DNA from: Candidatus Hodarchaeum mangrovi
Lineage (GTDB): Archaea > Asgardarchaeota > Heimdallarchaeia > Hodarchaeales > Hodarchaeaceae
NCBI GenBank assembly: GCA_016839515.1
Contig: JAEOUE010000138.1
Coordinates: forward strand, 1-52,430
Length of the DNA: 52,430 nucleotides
Reading direction: 5' to 3'
In this document: positions 19,519 through 29,549 of the stretch, piece after piece
How the letters are laid out: each line of letters opens with the position of its first letter
Numbering within the stretch: the first letter of the stretch is position 1
Program-made: the position numbers and the translations under genes
The notes under the pieces: generated by a model
The model's input: only the letters and a program-made list of their open reading frames with translations
Database searches by the model: none
Told to the model about the DNA's origin: nothing

Positions 19519-19806
19519 TTATGGTTGGTTTTTAAGGTCACGATAATATTTAAGAATTTCATCTATTGTATCTTTTCCACCAAAACCGAGAAGGAAACCA
19601 ATAAAAAGCCCAATTAGGGGATCCGTTAGTTGTAACCATGTACTAATAATCAATCCGAGGATAATAGCTAAAACAGCTGAAACAGCGAATTTTGCTTCGA
19701 ATTCTAACTTTTCTTGCTTTATTTTAGTTTTACGTAGATATTGAGAAAGAAATCCTCCAACTGCTCCTATAACTGATCCAATAATAATTGATAATTCAAA
19801 TTCCAT
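19519..19806 (-). CDS. Small three-TM hypothetical membrane protein
   Basis: Three Gly-rich hydrophobic segments; GGTGA SD upstream of the ATG. Confidence 0.65.
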   Translation of the reverse strand: MEFELSIIIGSVIGAVGGFLSQYLRKTKIKQEKLEFEAKFAVSAVLAIILGLIISTWLQLTDPLIGLFIGFLLGFGGKDTIDEILKYYRDLKNQP

Positions 19807-19946
19807 ACTTTTTCACCATTTTATGATGCATATTTAGAGATTTATGACAAATTCATCCTTTTTTAAAAGAAATTTATTTCTAGGAGAAGCTTTTTATCCT
19901 ACTTAATAAGATCCTCAGTAAGATATGCGAAGTATACGTATTAAAA

Positions 19947-20584
19947 TTACAATTTTTTATTAAAAACAAGTTCTAACGTATGTTCTATTCCAAATTCAGG
20001 AGAGGTTCTAATTGATCTTTGAACGTTTAATAAAGAAAGTCCTAAGGGTATAAAAATTTTACATATTTCCTTCTCTGAGTATCCTCGAGAATACATTATT
20101 TTACCCATAATATTAACAATAGTTTTTGTATCTAGATCCTCTTCAGGCTCAAATGGTTCATTCAAAGATAGATAGAAAAAACCTTAATGTTGTAAGGAAT
20201 GTACAATTCTTTTTGCTGCAGTATTGAATCTTGGGGTGTCAAATAGAACCATTGAACACTATGTTAAAACGCCTCCAAATTTGGCTTCAAAATTCATTTC
20301 CAACCTAGATAATTCCGAAATTCTGCATTTGGAACATTCTATCTAGCAATTTGAATCATACAGGAAGATATATCAATTCCAATAACAGAAAAGTTACTAT
20401 CGACAAGAACTTTAGCAAAATGAATTCCAGTACCTAAACCGATACCTAGAACTCGACATTTTGGTTTCAATTGGCCATAAAAATAGTCAAAAGTTTTAGT
20501 AAGTTTACTATGTCCACTTGTAGCATAATGATCTGCAACACGATTCCATGCGATTCGATTTAATTCCACAATATCTTGTTTCAT
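19947..20584 (-). pseudogene. Decayed class I SAM-dependent methyltransferase
   Basis: N-part WNRVA..Y...VLGIGLGTG...VIGIDIS..MIQIAR* reads on as NVPNAEF; after a frameshift EMNFEAKFGGVLT*CSMVLFD...RIVHSLQH*GF; after another frameshift FYLSLNEP, which joins ORF 19947..20165. At least 3 stops and 2 frameshifts. Confidence 0.78.
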
Positions 20585-20620
20585 GATAATAAACTTAATC
20601 AGAATCAATCAAAATGCTAG

Positions 20621-22855
20621 TTACCAGGTAGAAACTACTTTTTTTAGATTGTCAATATTCAAATAATCAGTTGTAAATGCTTTTTGCTGCATTTTTTTCG
20701 ATAAATAATGGTCATAGCGTTCTAATAGAAACTTCTCATTTGAATCAATAAGGTCTTTAGGGGAATTAACTGATTTTACAATGTTTTTGAGAAGCTCTGT
20801 TAATTCAGAAGGATTATTGATATCCTCAGAATCAAAGGTTATGAAATACGGTTCAGGATCAATTCTGGGAGGTGGACGAACATGAGAAATACCATAATCC
20901 TTTCCAATAAATCGCAATATACGATGTAAAGTTTGGTACTCTATAGTCCCGACCCAAGGAAATAAAGCAAACCGTTTTCCAGACAATTTGAACACAACCT
21001 CAGTGTCCAAATGATTTTTCGATCCCCACGTCCGAGCTTCAGTAATCCGTCTTTTTGCACCATCTTGAAGATAACCATAAAGGGTATTTTCAAGTAAAAT
21101 CGAACGCATTTTTTGCAGAACTTTAGTGTGAGTATCAGGACGGCGGCCAGGCCAGACATAGAAAGCACGTTCAATTTTTTTTACCAAAAGAAGCTTTTGA
21201 TGAGGATGAATTTCCGTTACTTCCCATGCATCACCAGCAATGAGAACAGTTTCACCAGGAAATAACATTCGATCAATGTGACCGAGTTCTCGTAAAGTGA
21301 CTTCTTCTTTAATGCTGAATTCCACAGAATAATCACGAAAAACAGCATAAAAACGAAAATTTCGAACAATTTTTTCTCCTGTTAATCCAACAATTAACCC
21401 GCCATCTTGTAATTGTTCAATATGATTGATAGAAATCAGATGTTGGATTAAATCACGGAAAGTATTTTGATTGACATATTTGAAGGGTGATAAAGTTAAA
21501 ACACGGTGAGCTAAGCTTGCAGGTGATAGCTCCCCACTACTGGCAAGAATACTCATGGTTTGATGATACAATAGACTAATCGGAAATTTTAGCTGAATCG
21601 CAGGTTCAATCCATTTTTCTTCTAAATAGAGCTGAATTATACTAATTGTCTGTAAAAAATACCATGGAAGTGTTCGGGTAAAGGAAACTTTCTCTGAAGG
21701 AGGGTCTTCTGATATGACAAACATCATTTCAGAAGGCTGATTCAAGCGTCGTCCCGATCGCCCAAGGCGTTGTACAAAGCTTGATACGGAAGAAGGAGCA
21801 AGCAGTTGAATAATTCGTTCGATTCCTCCGATATCCATACCTAATTCAAGAGTTAAGGTTGCAGCAGTAACATGAGGTTCATCATCATCTTTCATAAAGG
21901 TTTCAGCTGATTCACGAAGCAAATTAGCGATGCAAGAATGATGAACGTGGTATCTATCAGGATATCCACGGTGTAAAGCAATCTCTCGAAGTCCTCGTGT
22001 TACCAATTCTGTTGCTTCTCTTGTATTAGAAAAAATAATCACTTTCTTACCCAATGTATTTTCAAAAATATACCGATGTGAAGGGAGAGCCTCCCCAAAA
22101 ATAGGTAGAGTTTCTCTTGTGGTGGCTCCGATCCAAGTTGGTTCAAGAAAGTGTTCTACTGCCAATCTAATCTTTCGGGGTGGTTCAACAATATCAGGAA
22201 CAATGACTGGAATATTTGTGCCTGAAGCGAGCCAATTTGCTGCATAGGAAGGATCCCCAATTGTAGCTGATAAACCGATTCTACGGGGAATACGGTCAAT
22301 TTCCCGTGAAACCCTCTCCAATTGAGCTAAAATTTGTCGGCCACGATCACCACCCATAAAACTATGAACTTCATCAATTATTATAAATCGTAAATCCCCG
22401 AAAAGTCTGCATATTTCTAGTTTTTTGTTAATCAAGATACTTTCGAGGCTTTCAGGAGTTATTTGTAGTATGCCACGAGGATTTGCCATTAATTTATTCT
22501 TATGACGTTGATCAACATCACCATGCCATCTATATACAGGAATATTAGCCTCTTTTAAAAGGTTTTCAACTCGTTTAAATTGATCATTAATCAATGCTTT
22601 TAAAGGTCCAATATATAAAATACCAAGGCTAGAAGCTGGGGAAGCATCTAATAATGTTAATGCTGGAAGTAATGCTGCTTCTGTTTTCCCTGAAGCGGTA
22701 CCAGAGCATAATAATAAGTGTGAATCCGAGTCAAAAATGGCTTTTGCAGCTTCAATTTGGATTGGACGGAATTCTTCCCAACCCTCTTGATAAATCCATT
22801 CTTGAATCCAGGGTGTAAGACGGGAAAATTGTTCAGAACCAGCCAAATTTACCAA
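20621..22855 (-). CDS. Lhr-like DEVH-box SF2 helicase, Shango SngC-like (copy 2)
   Basis: Q-motif FRPIQ, GTASGKT, PLKALINDQ, TPESLE, DEVH, SAT, TLELGMDIG, QRLGRSGRR. Confidence 0.9.
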   Translation of the reverse strand: MVNLAGSEQFSRLTPWIQEWIYQEGWEEFRPIQIEAAKAIFDSDSHLLLCSGTASGKTEAALLPALTLLDASPASSLGILYIGPLKALINDQFKRVENLLKEANIPVYRWHGDVDQRHKNKLMANPRGILQITPESLESILINKKLEICRLFGDLRFIIIDEVHSFMGGDRGRQILAQLERVSREIDRIPRRIGLSATIGDPSYAANWLASGTNIPVIVPDIVEPPRKIRLAVEHFLEPTWIGATTRETLPIFGEALPSHRYIFENTLGKKVIIFSNTREATELVTRGLREIALHRGYPDRYHVHHSCIANLLRESAETFMKDDDEPHVTAATLTLELGMDIGGIERIIQLLAPSSVSSFVQRLGRSGRRLNQPSEMMFVISEDPPSEKVSFTRTLPWYFLQTISIIQLYLEEKWIEPAIQLKFPISLLYHQTMSILASSGELSPASLAHRVLTLSPFKYVNQNTFRDLIQHLISINHIEQLQDGGLIVGLTGEKIVRNFRFYAVFRDYSVEFSIKEEVTLRELGHIDRMLFPGETVLIAGDAWEVTEIHPHQKLLLVKKIERAFYVWPGRRPDTHTKVLQKMRSILLENTLYGYLQDGAKRRITEARTWGSKNHLDTEVVFKLSGKRFALFPWVGTIEYQTLHRILRFIGKDYGISHVRPPPRIDPEPYFITFDSEDINNPSELTELLKNIVKSVNSPKDLIDSNEKFLLERYDHYLSKKMQQKAFTTDYLNIDNLKKVVSTW

Positions 22856-25056
22856 TCCTTCACCATTTGTTTGAGATGTGGTAAATCTAAGTGATCAAAA
22901 ATGAATGATTTTTGTTGGAGAGTTAATGGAAGATATTCATCAAATTTATTAATCAATAATTTTTCTTTTTCATCATAAAGCATGTGTTCATTTGTGGTTA
23001 TGACTAATGATTGAATATATTCTTCTATTGTTTTAAGATCCATTGGTTCACACTCGAAACGCAAATAATAAGGAGATTGTCCACTAATTTTTGAAAATTC
23101 AAGAAAATTTGGATCACTAGTCTTTAAAACACGTTCAAGAGTCCTATATGCAGTAGTTCCAAGCCAAGGAAATAGGCAATATTTACCTTCTGCTAGCATG
23201 TATAGGTATTGAGAATCAAGATTGACTTCTCGGGCTAATTTTCGAGCTTGATTTAGACGTAAACTAGCACCAGGCTGGAGATAACTATATTCGTTAATTT
23301 CAAAAAGAATCTTACGGATTTTCTGAACAACTCTTGTGTGAATCGGAGCTACATCGCCAGGCCATATATAACGCATTCTACCAGCAACTTTTTTAACTAG
23401 CATTACTCTTTGTTTCGGTAAAGCTTCTTGGACTTCCCACATAAATCCTGCAAGTGGAAACCGTTCTCCTGGAAGTAAAAGGCTTCCTAATTTTCCTATT
23501 TCATTTGCACCTTGTTTAACAGTCCATTCCACAGAGTCCTGAAAAACTGCATAGAAATGATAATTTCTAATGATCTTTTCTCCTTCAAGTCCGACTATTA
23601 ATCCCCCATCCTCTATCTGTTCAATATGCTGGATTTCAAGTAAATGTTGGATTAATTCATTGAAATCATCCTGTGTGATTTTTCGGAAGGGAGGTAATTC
23701 AAGAAGTCGTTTAGCCAATCCTTGAGATGATAGTTCTCCGCTACTAGCCAAAATGCTCATAGTTTGATGATATAATAAACTAAAAGGATAGCTAGGTGGG
23801 GGTAATGGCTCAATCCATTTTTCTTCAAGGTAAAGTTGAATTATTGCAATGGATTGTAGAAGATCCCAGGGAAAAAGATAAGGTAAAGGTTTATTGTCAG
23901 AGGGTTCATCCTCTGAATGTACAAAAAGTATTTCAGAAACATTTGATCGTCTGCCTGATCTGCCTAACCTTTGTAAAAAACTGGTAACAGATCTAGGAGC
24001 ATTAAGTTGAATGATTCTTTCTAAAGTACCAATATCTATCCCTAATTCTAAAGTAATGGTGGCAGCGGTCGTTGTAGGATATATATCTTCTCTCATGCTT
24101 GCTTCAGTACTTTCTCGTAAAGCTCCTGCAATGCTTCCATGGTGTACATGATAATTATCTGGTTGACCTTTTCGTGCAGCTACATCTCGTAATGTAGCAA
24201 TCACACTTTCAGCTTGTTCTCTTGAATTTGTAAATATCAAGCTTTTCTTACCTAAGGTCTGTTCGTATAGAAAGTCAATTGCTGGAGGAATATTCTTAGT
24301 AGATTTAAATATTCGTGTAGCATAAGGATTTAGTTGAGAGGGTATTGGATTAGGATTTATAAAATGCTCTACAGCAAGCCGAATCTTCTTTGTTCCTCCC
24401 CCTACTATTGGAGTCTGAACCTTTTCACTTGTACCTGAGGCCAACCATGTTTCAGCAAGAGAATAATCACCAAGTGTAGCAGAAAGTCCAATTCTCCGGG
24501 GATGATATCCAATTATGGAAGCAATTCTTTTCAATTGACTTAAGATTTGGCTACCCCTATCACTATTCATAAATGAATGAACTTCGTCTATGATTATAAA
24601 TTGGAGATCGCCTAACATTCTTCTTATTTCAAGGTTCTTATTTATTAGAATGCTTTCGATTGACTCTGGTGTTATTTGCAAGACCCCAGAAGGATTTTTC
24701 ATCAGTTTCTGTTTTCGATCTTGGGGAACATCTCCATGCCATCTCCAAACACGGATATTCGCGTCTTCTAATAGACCTTCCAATCTACTAAACTGATCAT
24801 TTATCAGTGCTTTCAACGGGGAGATATATAAAATACCGATTGTTGAGGAGGGTTTTTCATACAATAGAGTTAAAGCTGGTAAGAATGCTGCTTCAGTTTT
24901 TCCTGAGGCAGTACCTGTTGATAGAAGTAAATGATCACTTGAATTAAAAATAACATCAGCTGCAGCAACTTGAATCTCTCGTAACTCTTCCCACCCTGAG
25001 GAATATATCCATTCTTGAATAAACGGAGCAAAACGATTAAAGAGATTATTACTCAT
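22849..25056 (-). CDS. Lhr-like DEVH-box SF2 helicase, Shango SngC-like (copy 1)
   Basis: LREIQ, GTASGKT, PLKALINDQ, TPESIE, DEVH, SAT, HHGS, TLELGIDIG, QRLGRSGRR; ATGA overlap with the ATPase gene. Confidence 0.9.
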   Translation of the reverse strand: MSNNLFNRFAPFIQEWIYSSGWEELREIQVAAADVIFNSSDHLLLSTGTASGKTEAAFLPALTLLYEKPSSTIGILYISPLKALINDQFSRLEGLLEDANIRVWRWHGDVPQDRKQKLMKNPSGVLQITPESIESILINKNLEIRRMLGDLQFIIIDEVHSFMNSDRGSQILSQLKRIASIIGYHPRRIGLSATLGDYSLAETWLASGTSEKVQTPIVGGGTKKIRLAVEHFINPNPIPSQLNPYATRIFKSTKNIPPAIDFLYEQTLGKKSLIFTNSREQAESVIATLRDVAARKGQPDNYHVHHGSIAGALRESTEASMREDIYPTTTAATITLELGIDIGTLERIIQLNAPRSVTSFLQRLGRSGRRSNVSEILFVHSEDEPSDNKPLPYLFPWDLLQSIAIIQLYLEEKWIEPLPPPSYPFSLLYHQTMSILASSGELSSQGLAKRLLELPPFRKITQDDFNELIQHLLEIQHIEQIEDGGLIVGLEGEKIIRNYHFYAVFQDSVEWTVKQGANEIGKLGSLLLPGERFPLAGFMWEVQEALPKQRVMLVKKVAGRMRYIWPGDVAPIHTRVVQKIRKILFEINEYSYLQPGASLRLNQARKLAREVNLDSQYLYMLAEGKYCLFPWLGTTAYRTLERVLKTSDPNFLEFSKISGQSPYYLRFECEPMDLKTIEEYIQSLVITTNEHMLYDEKEKLLINKFDEYLPLTLQQKSFIFDHLDLPHLKQMVKDW

Positions 25057-26387
25057 ATTTGAAATTCCTCATATTCTGTTCCACTTACTTCATCATCTTT
25101 ATTGAGTGTTTCCTGAGGTCTAAAATCTTCACCACTAATCAATTCTAACAATGTTTTTTTATCTGCTTGTTTTCGTAATTGATTAAGCAAAAAAATGAAT
25201 TCTCTAACGAATTCACGTGGTGTCAGTAATTTATCAGCTCCAATACGGCTGACCATGATTTTTATAAATTCTTGAATCTCTGAATCATTGATTAAAGATT
25301 TATAACTATAATATTTTTCATGAATGACGATAATTTTTGTTAGTAAAACAAAAATTTCTTCTAATGTTAATCTTTCAAGTTTTATAACAGGACCAGAAAA
25401 ATCCTGAATTCCTTCTTTTAAAAAACGACTGCCAACAAGGCGGGAATGTAGTGCTTTGTAGGAATAAAGTCCTCGGCGCTTATCCTCTAAAAATTGGGGT
25501 GTACCTCCAATAAAAACTCCAAGATATTCAGCTTTTCCCTGAAGAGTATCATTATACATTGTAAGTAATTTTTCGTAGTTGTTTACTCTTGATGTAGTAT
25601 GAGTGATCTTATAAAGATTTACTGCCTCATCAAAAAAGACCAATAATCCTTTATATCCTATCTCGGTAACAAAACGAGCCATTAGCTTAATATAATCATA
25701 CCAATTATCATCAGTGATTATAATACTCAAACCAGGAATAGCATTTCGAGCTTCTGTTTTTGTTGGATATTCTCCGCGTAACCACTTTAATGCTGCCTCT
25801 TTAATGCTATCATCTTGTGTTCTGTGTCCATGCCAATAAGTTGAAATGACATTTGCGAAATCAAATCCATGAACTAAATCTTTAATAGTTGATATTGCTT
25901 CGAGAATTTTCTCATCAACTTTCTCTGTAAATAATGTATCTTGTGGTTTAATTCCTTTTGCTACAACTTCACTTTGAATTGAAGATATCCATTTTTCTAA
26001 AATTGCTGTTAAAGCTCCTCCATTGGGTCTTGTTTTTGTCGAAAGGTTTTTCATTAATTCACGATACGTTGCGACTCCCTTTTCCCCTGCTCCAATAAAT
26101 CGTCGTTCTGGGGAGAGATCTACATCACAAACAACAAATTCCTGTTGCATAGCGTAATTTCTGATTAATTGAATCAAAAAACTCTTTCCAGAGCCAAATC
26201 GGCCTATGAAAAACCGAAAACCAGCTCCACCCATTTTGATATTCTCTAAATCTTCAATAATTGATTCAATTTCCTCTCTTCGCCCCACTGCGATATGTTC
26301 TAATCCAATTCTTGGAACGACTCCTGCTGATAATGCTTTAAGAATAGTAGCTGAGACTCGTGATGGAATACGTATATCATGCGACAT
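25053..26387 (-). CDS. DUF2791 / BrxD-like P-loop ATPase, Shango SngB-like
   Basis: AGVVPRIGLEHIAVGR..E, Walker A GRFGSGKS, DLSPERR, KWLRGE, Walker B LLVFFDE, NYEKLL..YND.LQG, TPRE. Confidence 0.9.
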   Translation of the reverse strand: MSHDIRIPSRVSATILKALSAGVVPRIGLEHIAVGRREEIESIIEDLENIKMGGAGFRFFIGRFGSGKSFLIQLIRNYAMQQEFVVCDVDLSPERRFIGAGEKGVATYRELMKNLSTKTRPNGGALTAILEKWISSIQSEVVAKGIKPQDTLFTEKVDEKILEAISTIKDLVHGFDFANVISTYWHGHRTQDDSIKEAALKWLRGEYPTKTEARNAIPGLSIIITDDNWYDYIKLMARFVTEIGYKGLLVFFDEAVNLYKITHTTSRVNNYEKLLTMYNDTLQGKAEYLGVFIGGTPQFLEDKRRGLYSYKALHSRLVGSRFLKEGIQDFSGPVIKLERLTLEEIFVLLTKIIVIHEKYYSYKSLINDSEIQEFIKIMVSRIGADKLLTPREFVREFIFLLNQLRKQADKKTLLELISGEDFRPQETLNKDDEVSGTEYEEFQI

Positions 26388-26402
26388 TTTGGACTACCTA
26401 TG

Positions 26403-29400
26403 TTATGAAATAATAAATTCAAATTCCTCTTTATATTCCTCTATCAAGGTAAAATGTTCTGAATCAATAATTAAATCACCAATGATCTCAAGGGCAATTT
26501 CATTCATCTGCTCTATCATCGTTTGGGGTAGAAGTAATTGTTCATCAGCTATTTTTGTTATCAATTCTATTAAATTTTCAGCCTTAAGGATAATTTTGAT
26601 TATTTGCTGCTGATTGGAAGTCAATGAATGCCAAAGTTCAAGTAATGATTCTCTAATACTGATATTTTCATTAAGAGGGGTTTTCAAGTTTTCTATAGAA
26701 GTATGCTTGGCCTCTTGTAATAAATTCTTGGTTTCTTTGTCATCTAATTCTTCAAATTCCTCACTAGTACTTAATAATGATTGAACTACTTCTGAATCTT
26801 TAGTTAATTTTCTAACTTGGGTTCGATCTAAATTTATTGTACCTGATTGAACTTCTAATGCAATTTGCGAAATTTCTGGGGTCAGATCTAAATTAAAAGC
26901 TTCTAGGCAATAGTGATCTATTATTGCTCTTATCTCTGGTATTTCAAGATTTACTTTTAATGAACCTTTGGTTGAATCAATAGCTGCTTCTCTTAATCTA
27001 TTTTGAATATATTTAAGGATATTAATGAGTATTTCCTTTAAAATAGGTGGATAGGAAGTAAAAGTAATTATTTTGTTTTCGCCATAATATCGTGCTCTTG
27101 AAAAAGGTATTCGTTTCTCTAAAACAGCATTAAAATATTGAAAAAGGTTTTTTTCAAATCGGTTTTTATAATAAGAGAGGATTTTTTTCATAATTGCCTT
27201 AACATGCCGATTAAAAGTTTGTTTATCAAGACGTTGATAATATGGAGTTTTGGAATATCCCAGCCAATCATAATAAAGATCCAAGTCAATTTCAAATTCA
27301 TTGGTTAATGTTTGTGATATTAATAACTCTCTGAGTTCGTCAACTATCTTCTTAAGACGTTTAGTGTTTAACCATTTATCAAATTTTTTTAATACGGCAA
27401 ATTGAATATCTACTGGAGTATCTTGTACAATTAGATATTCAATTATCCACTCTGGAAGTAGTTCATCAAGTTGTGAATATTCATTTCGATAATTAAGCCA
27501 TAATACAAGTAAATTTTGATAACCTGATAAAACAGATTCAATTCCTAGATTATTTATAATTTCATAGGCATAGAGTAAGATATATCCTAATTGAGTTTCA
27601 ATATACCGTTCTTTTCTAATATTAGCGCGAAAAAAATAATAATACTTTAATTGTGATTCTGTCATCTCACGAAAATCTGGTCGATAAGCATAAAGAGGAA
27701 CAAGATTTATTGGTTGATCTATACTGCCTTTTTTAATATTTTTTTTCGCAAATTCGATAAAGGATAATGTCTCTTGAGGTTCTCGTTCTTTATAATATAA
27801 TAAAAATCTCGTTACTTGGTTTTCTATAATCTTCTCGATATCTTTATCCAAAAAATTACTTTTTCTAATGTCCTTGAATCTATAATATAACTTTAATTTG
27901 TTTTCTAGCTGCCTTATAATATCACTAATAAATGACAGTAGAGGTATATGTTTAGAATATGGATATAATTCTACTACTCTAGTTGGTTTTAATGCTGCTC
28001 TCTCAAAGGCAAATCTTGGTTTTTTAGATGGTTGGAATTTCTCTAAAATTCCTCCTCCTTCAATATCTATTAAGTATTTATCAATTTCGTTCAAAATTTG
28101 AGGAATAAGATCATTTAAAATATCAGTTTTTATAAGATAAAATGGTGAATTAAATAAATCATTATTTCCAAGAGTATTTATCCATTCAATTGGCATTTTG
28201 TTAAATGAGACCTTAAAGATATTTAAGATTGAATCTAATCCCTCAATAATATACTCTGTAGGATTTACTAATATCTCTGTTAAAATGTCTGTACTTAGAT
28301 CTTGAATTTCATATAATAAAACATAATCTGTTATCCATTGAATCAGATACCTATCTAGTTTAGGAAAATGTTTTCGATAGTTGATCCAAATGGTAGTAAG
28401 TTCATTAAATCCTTCTCTATTTCCCTTCTCCAAAATATCATAAATTAAGACAAAAATATAGGACAAATCTGTTCTAATGAAATTGTTTGCACGAATTTCT
28501 TCAACCCAATAGTCGTACCATGTTCTCTGATCTTCTGTCATTGATTGAAGAGTAGGCCAATATTGTTTAAAGGGAACAAATCTTGGTTTTTTTGATATTG
28601 GTTCTTGTTCTTCTTTTTGGAGAATAGTATCAAAATTATTTTTAGTGCTTTCTTGAAAAAAAGCCTTTTGATTTGTAATATTTTTCGACATTGTCTTCAT
28701 TTTATAATCTAATAAAGTCAATTCCTTTTTAAGATCAAGAGGTTGAATATCAACCCCAGAAAAATTGGTAGATTGTGAATTTAAATTTATTTCATATTCT
28801 GCAAATCTAGGTTCCATTTTAGTATCGTTAGATTCTTGAATATTCTCAAAGGTATTGTGGAAGAAATTATTGATTATAGTTTGAATTTCTAAATCGAGGA
28901 ATAATTTCTTAATGATTGGTCGTCTTTGAATTTTTAATTCAATATAGTTTAAAATTTCTGACAGAATCCTCTTTAATTCTACGTTTGATGCTAACCATTT
29001 GAAATATTGGTCAATTAAAATTGTTGGAGTAATTTGAGGAGAAACTATTAGATTAAATTTCGAATTAGGTTGATAAAATTGAAAAATTCCAACATTCTCT
29101 GTTTTTTCATAGTGTTCATTAATTTTTTCAATAATTGGAGTTACAATTTGTTGCATAGTATGGAAATTTCCACTTTTACAATAATCACTCCCATAAACTG
29201 ATGAATAGACTATATAATTTAACATTTTAAGAGGAAATTGAGTTCTAAGGCATTCCAAATACTTAAAGAGAAATAATTTAACCTGTCTATCAGATATGGA
29301 ATATCCTTCAGTACCAACTAGAGTTCCTTTAGGATTTAAAATGAATTGACCTTTTGAGTGAAAATATCCCCAAATCATTACTTCTACTATAATTTTTTGA

Positions 29401-29549
29401 GGAGCCGTGCTATCTTGTGCACTTTTTTTGTATACGTGCCCTATAACTTCAACTGTTCTTGCTTCTTCTCCTTGATCTTCGAGAACTGGGACTTTTATTA
29501 TGATTGAAAAAAATTCTCCTTGATTGACTGTCTTTCCAGGATGAACCAA
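26403..29549 (-). CDS. TerB_N / TerB_C domain protein, Shango SngA-like, with duplicated TerB_N and a long unique N-terminus
   Basis: Two copies of VP..Y.P....M...Q..Y.....IR......T.L.YI....Y.I; C-terminal INLDRTQVRKL..DS..V..LL...IEQMNEIALEIIGDLIID. The true start is probably upstream (29660-29676). Confidence 0.82.
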   Translation of the reverse strand: MVHPGKTVNQGEFFSIIIKVPVLEDQGEEARTVEVIGHVYKKSAQDSTAPQKIIVEVMIWGYFHSKGQFILNPKGTLVGTEGYSISDRQVKLFLFKYLECLRTQFPLKMLNYIVYSSVYGSDYCKSGNFHTMQQIVTPIIEKINEHYEKTENVGIFQFYQPNSKFNLIVSPQITPTILIDQYFKWLASNVELKRILSEILNYIELKIQRRPIIKKLFLDLEIQTIINNFFHNTFENIQESNDTKMEPRFAEYEINLNSQSTNFSGVDIQPLDLKKELTLLDYKMKTMSKNITNQKAFFQESTKNNFDTILQKEEQEPISKKPRFVPFKQYWPTLQSMTEDQRTWYDYWVEEIRANNFIRTDLSYIFVLIYDILEKGNREGFNELTTIWINYRKHFPKLDRYLIQWITDYVLLYEIQDLSTDILTEILVNPTEYIIEGLDSILNIFKVSFNKMPIEWINTLGNNDLFNSPFYLIKTDILNDLIPQILNEIDKYLIDIEGGGILEKFQPSKKPRFAFERAALKPTRVVELYPYSKHIPLLSFISDIIRQLENKLKLYYRFKDIRKSNFLDKDIEKIIENQVTRFLLYYKEREPQETLSFIEFAKKNIKKGSIDQPINLVPLYAYRPDFREMTESQLKYYYFFRANIRKERYIETQLGYILLYAYEIINNLGIESVLSGYQNLLVLWLNYRNEYSQLDELLPEWIIEYLIVQDTPVDIQFAVLKKFDKWLNTKRLKKIVDELRELLISQTLTNEFEIDLDLYYDWLGYSKTPYYQRLDKQTFNRHVKAIMKKILSYYKNRFEKNLFQYFNAVLEKRIPFSRARYYGENKIITFTSYPPILKEILINILKYIQNRLREAAIDSTKGSLKVNLEIPEIRAIIDHYCLEAFNLDLTPEISQIALEVQSGTINLDRTQVRKLTKDSEVVQSLLSTSEEFEELDDKETKNLLQEAKHTSIENLKTPLNENISIRESLLELWHSLTSNQQQIIKIILKAENLIELITKIADEQLLLPQTMIEQMNEIALEIIGDLIIDSEHFTLIEEYKEEFEFIIS

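Noticed and set aside
19519-19806. Phage holin
   Set aside because: Small Gly-rich 3-TM shape only; no viral genes nearby.
20621-25056. Helicase duplication as an assembly artefact
   Set aside because: The copies differ throughout, with indels and many substitutions, and are joined by a coupled stop/start junction.
25053-26387. Calling the locus BREX because the ATPase is BrxD-like
   Set aside because: No pglZ, pglX or brxC in the window; the TerB and helicase neighbours fit Shango better.
26403-29549. Tellurite-resistance operon
   Set aside because: No terZ/A/C/D/E genes; only TerB_N/TerB_C-type domains in a helicase/ATPase context.
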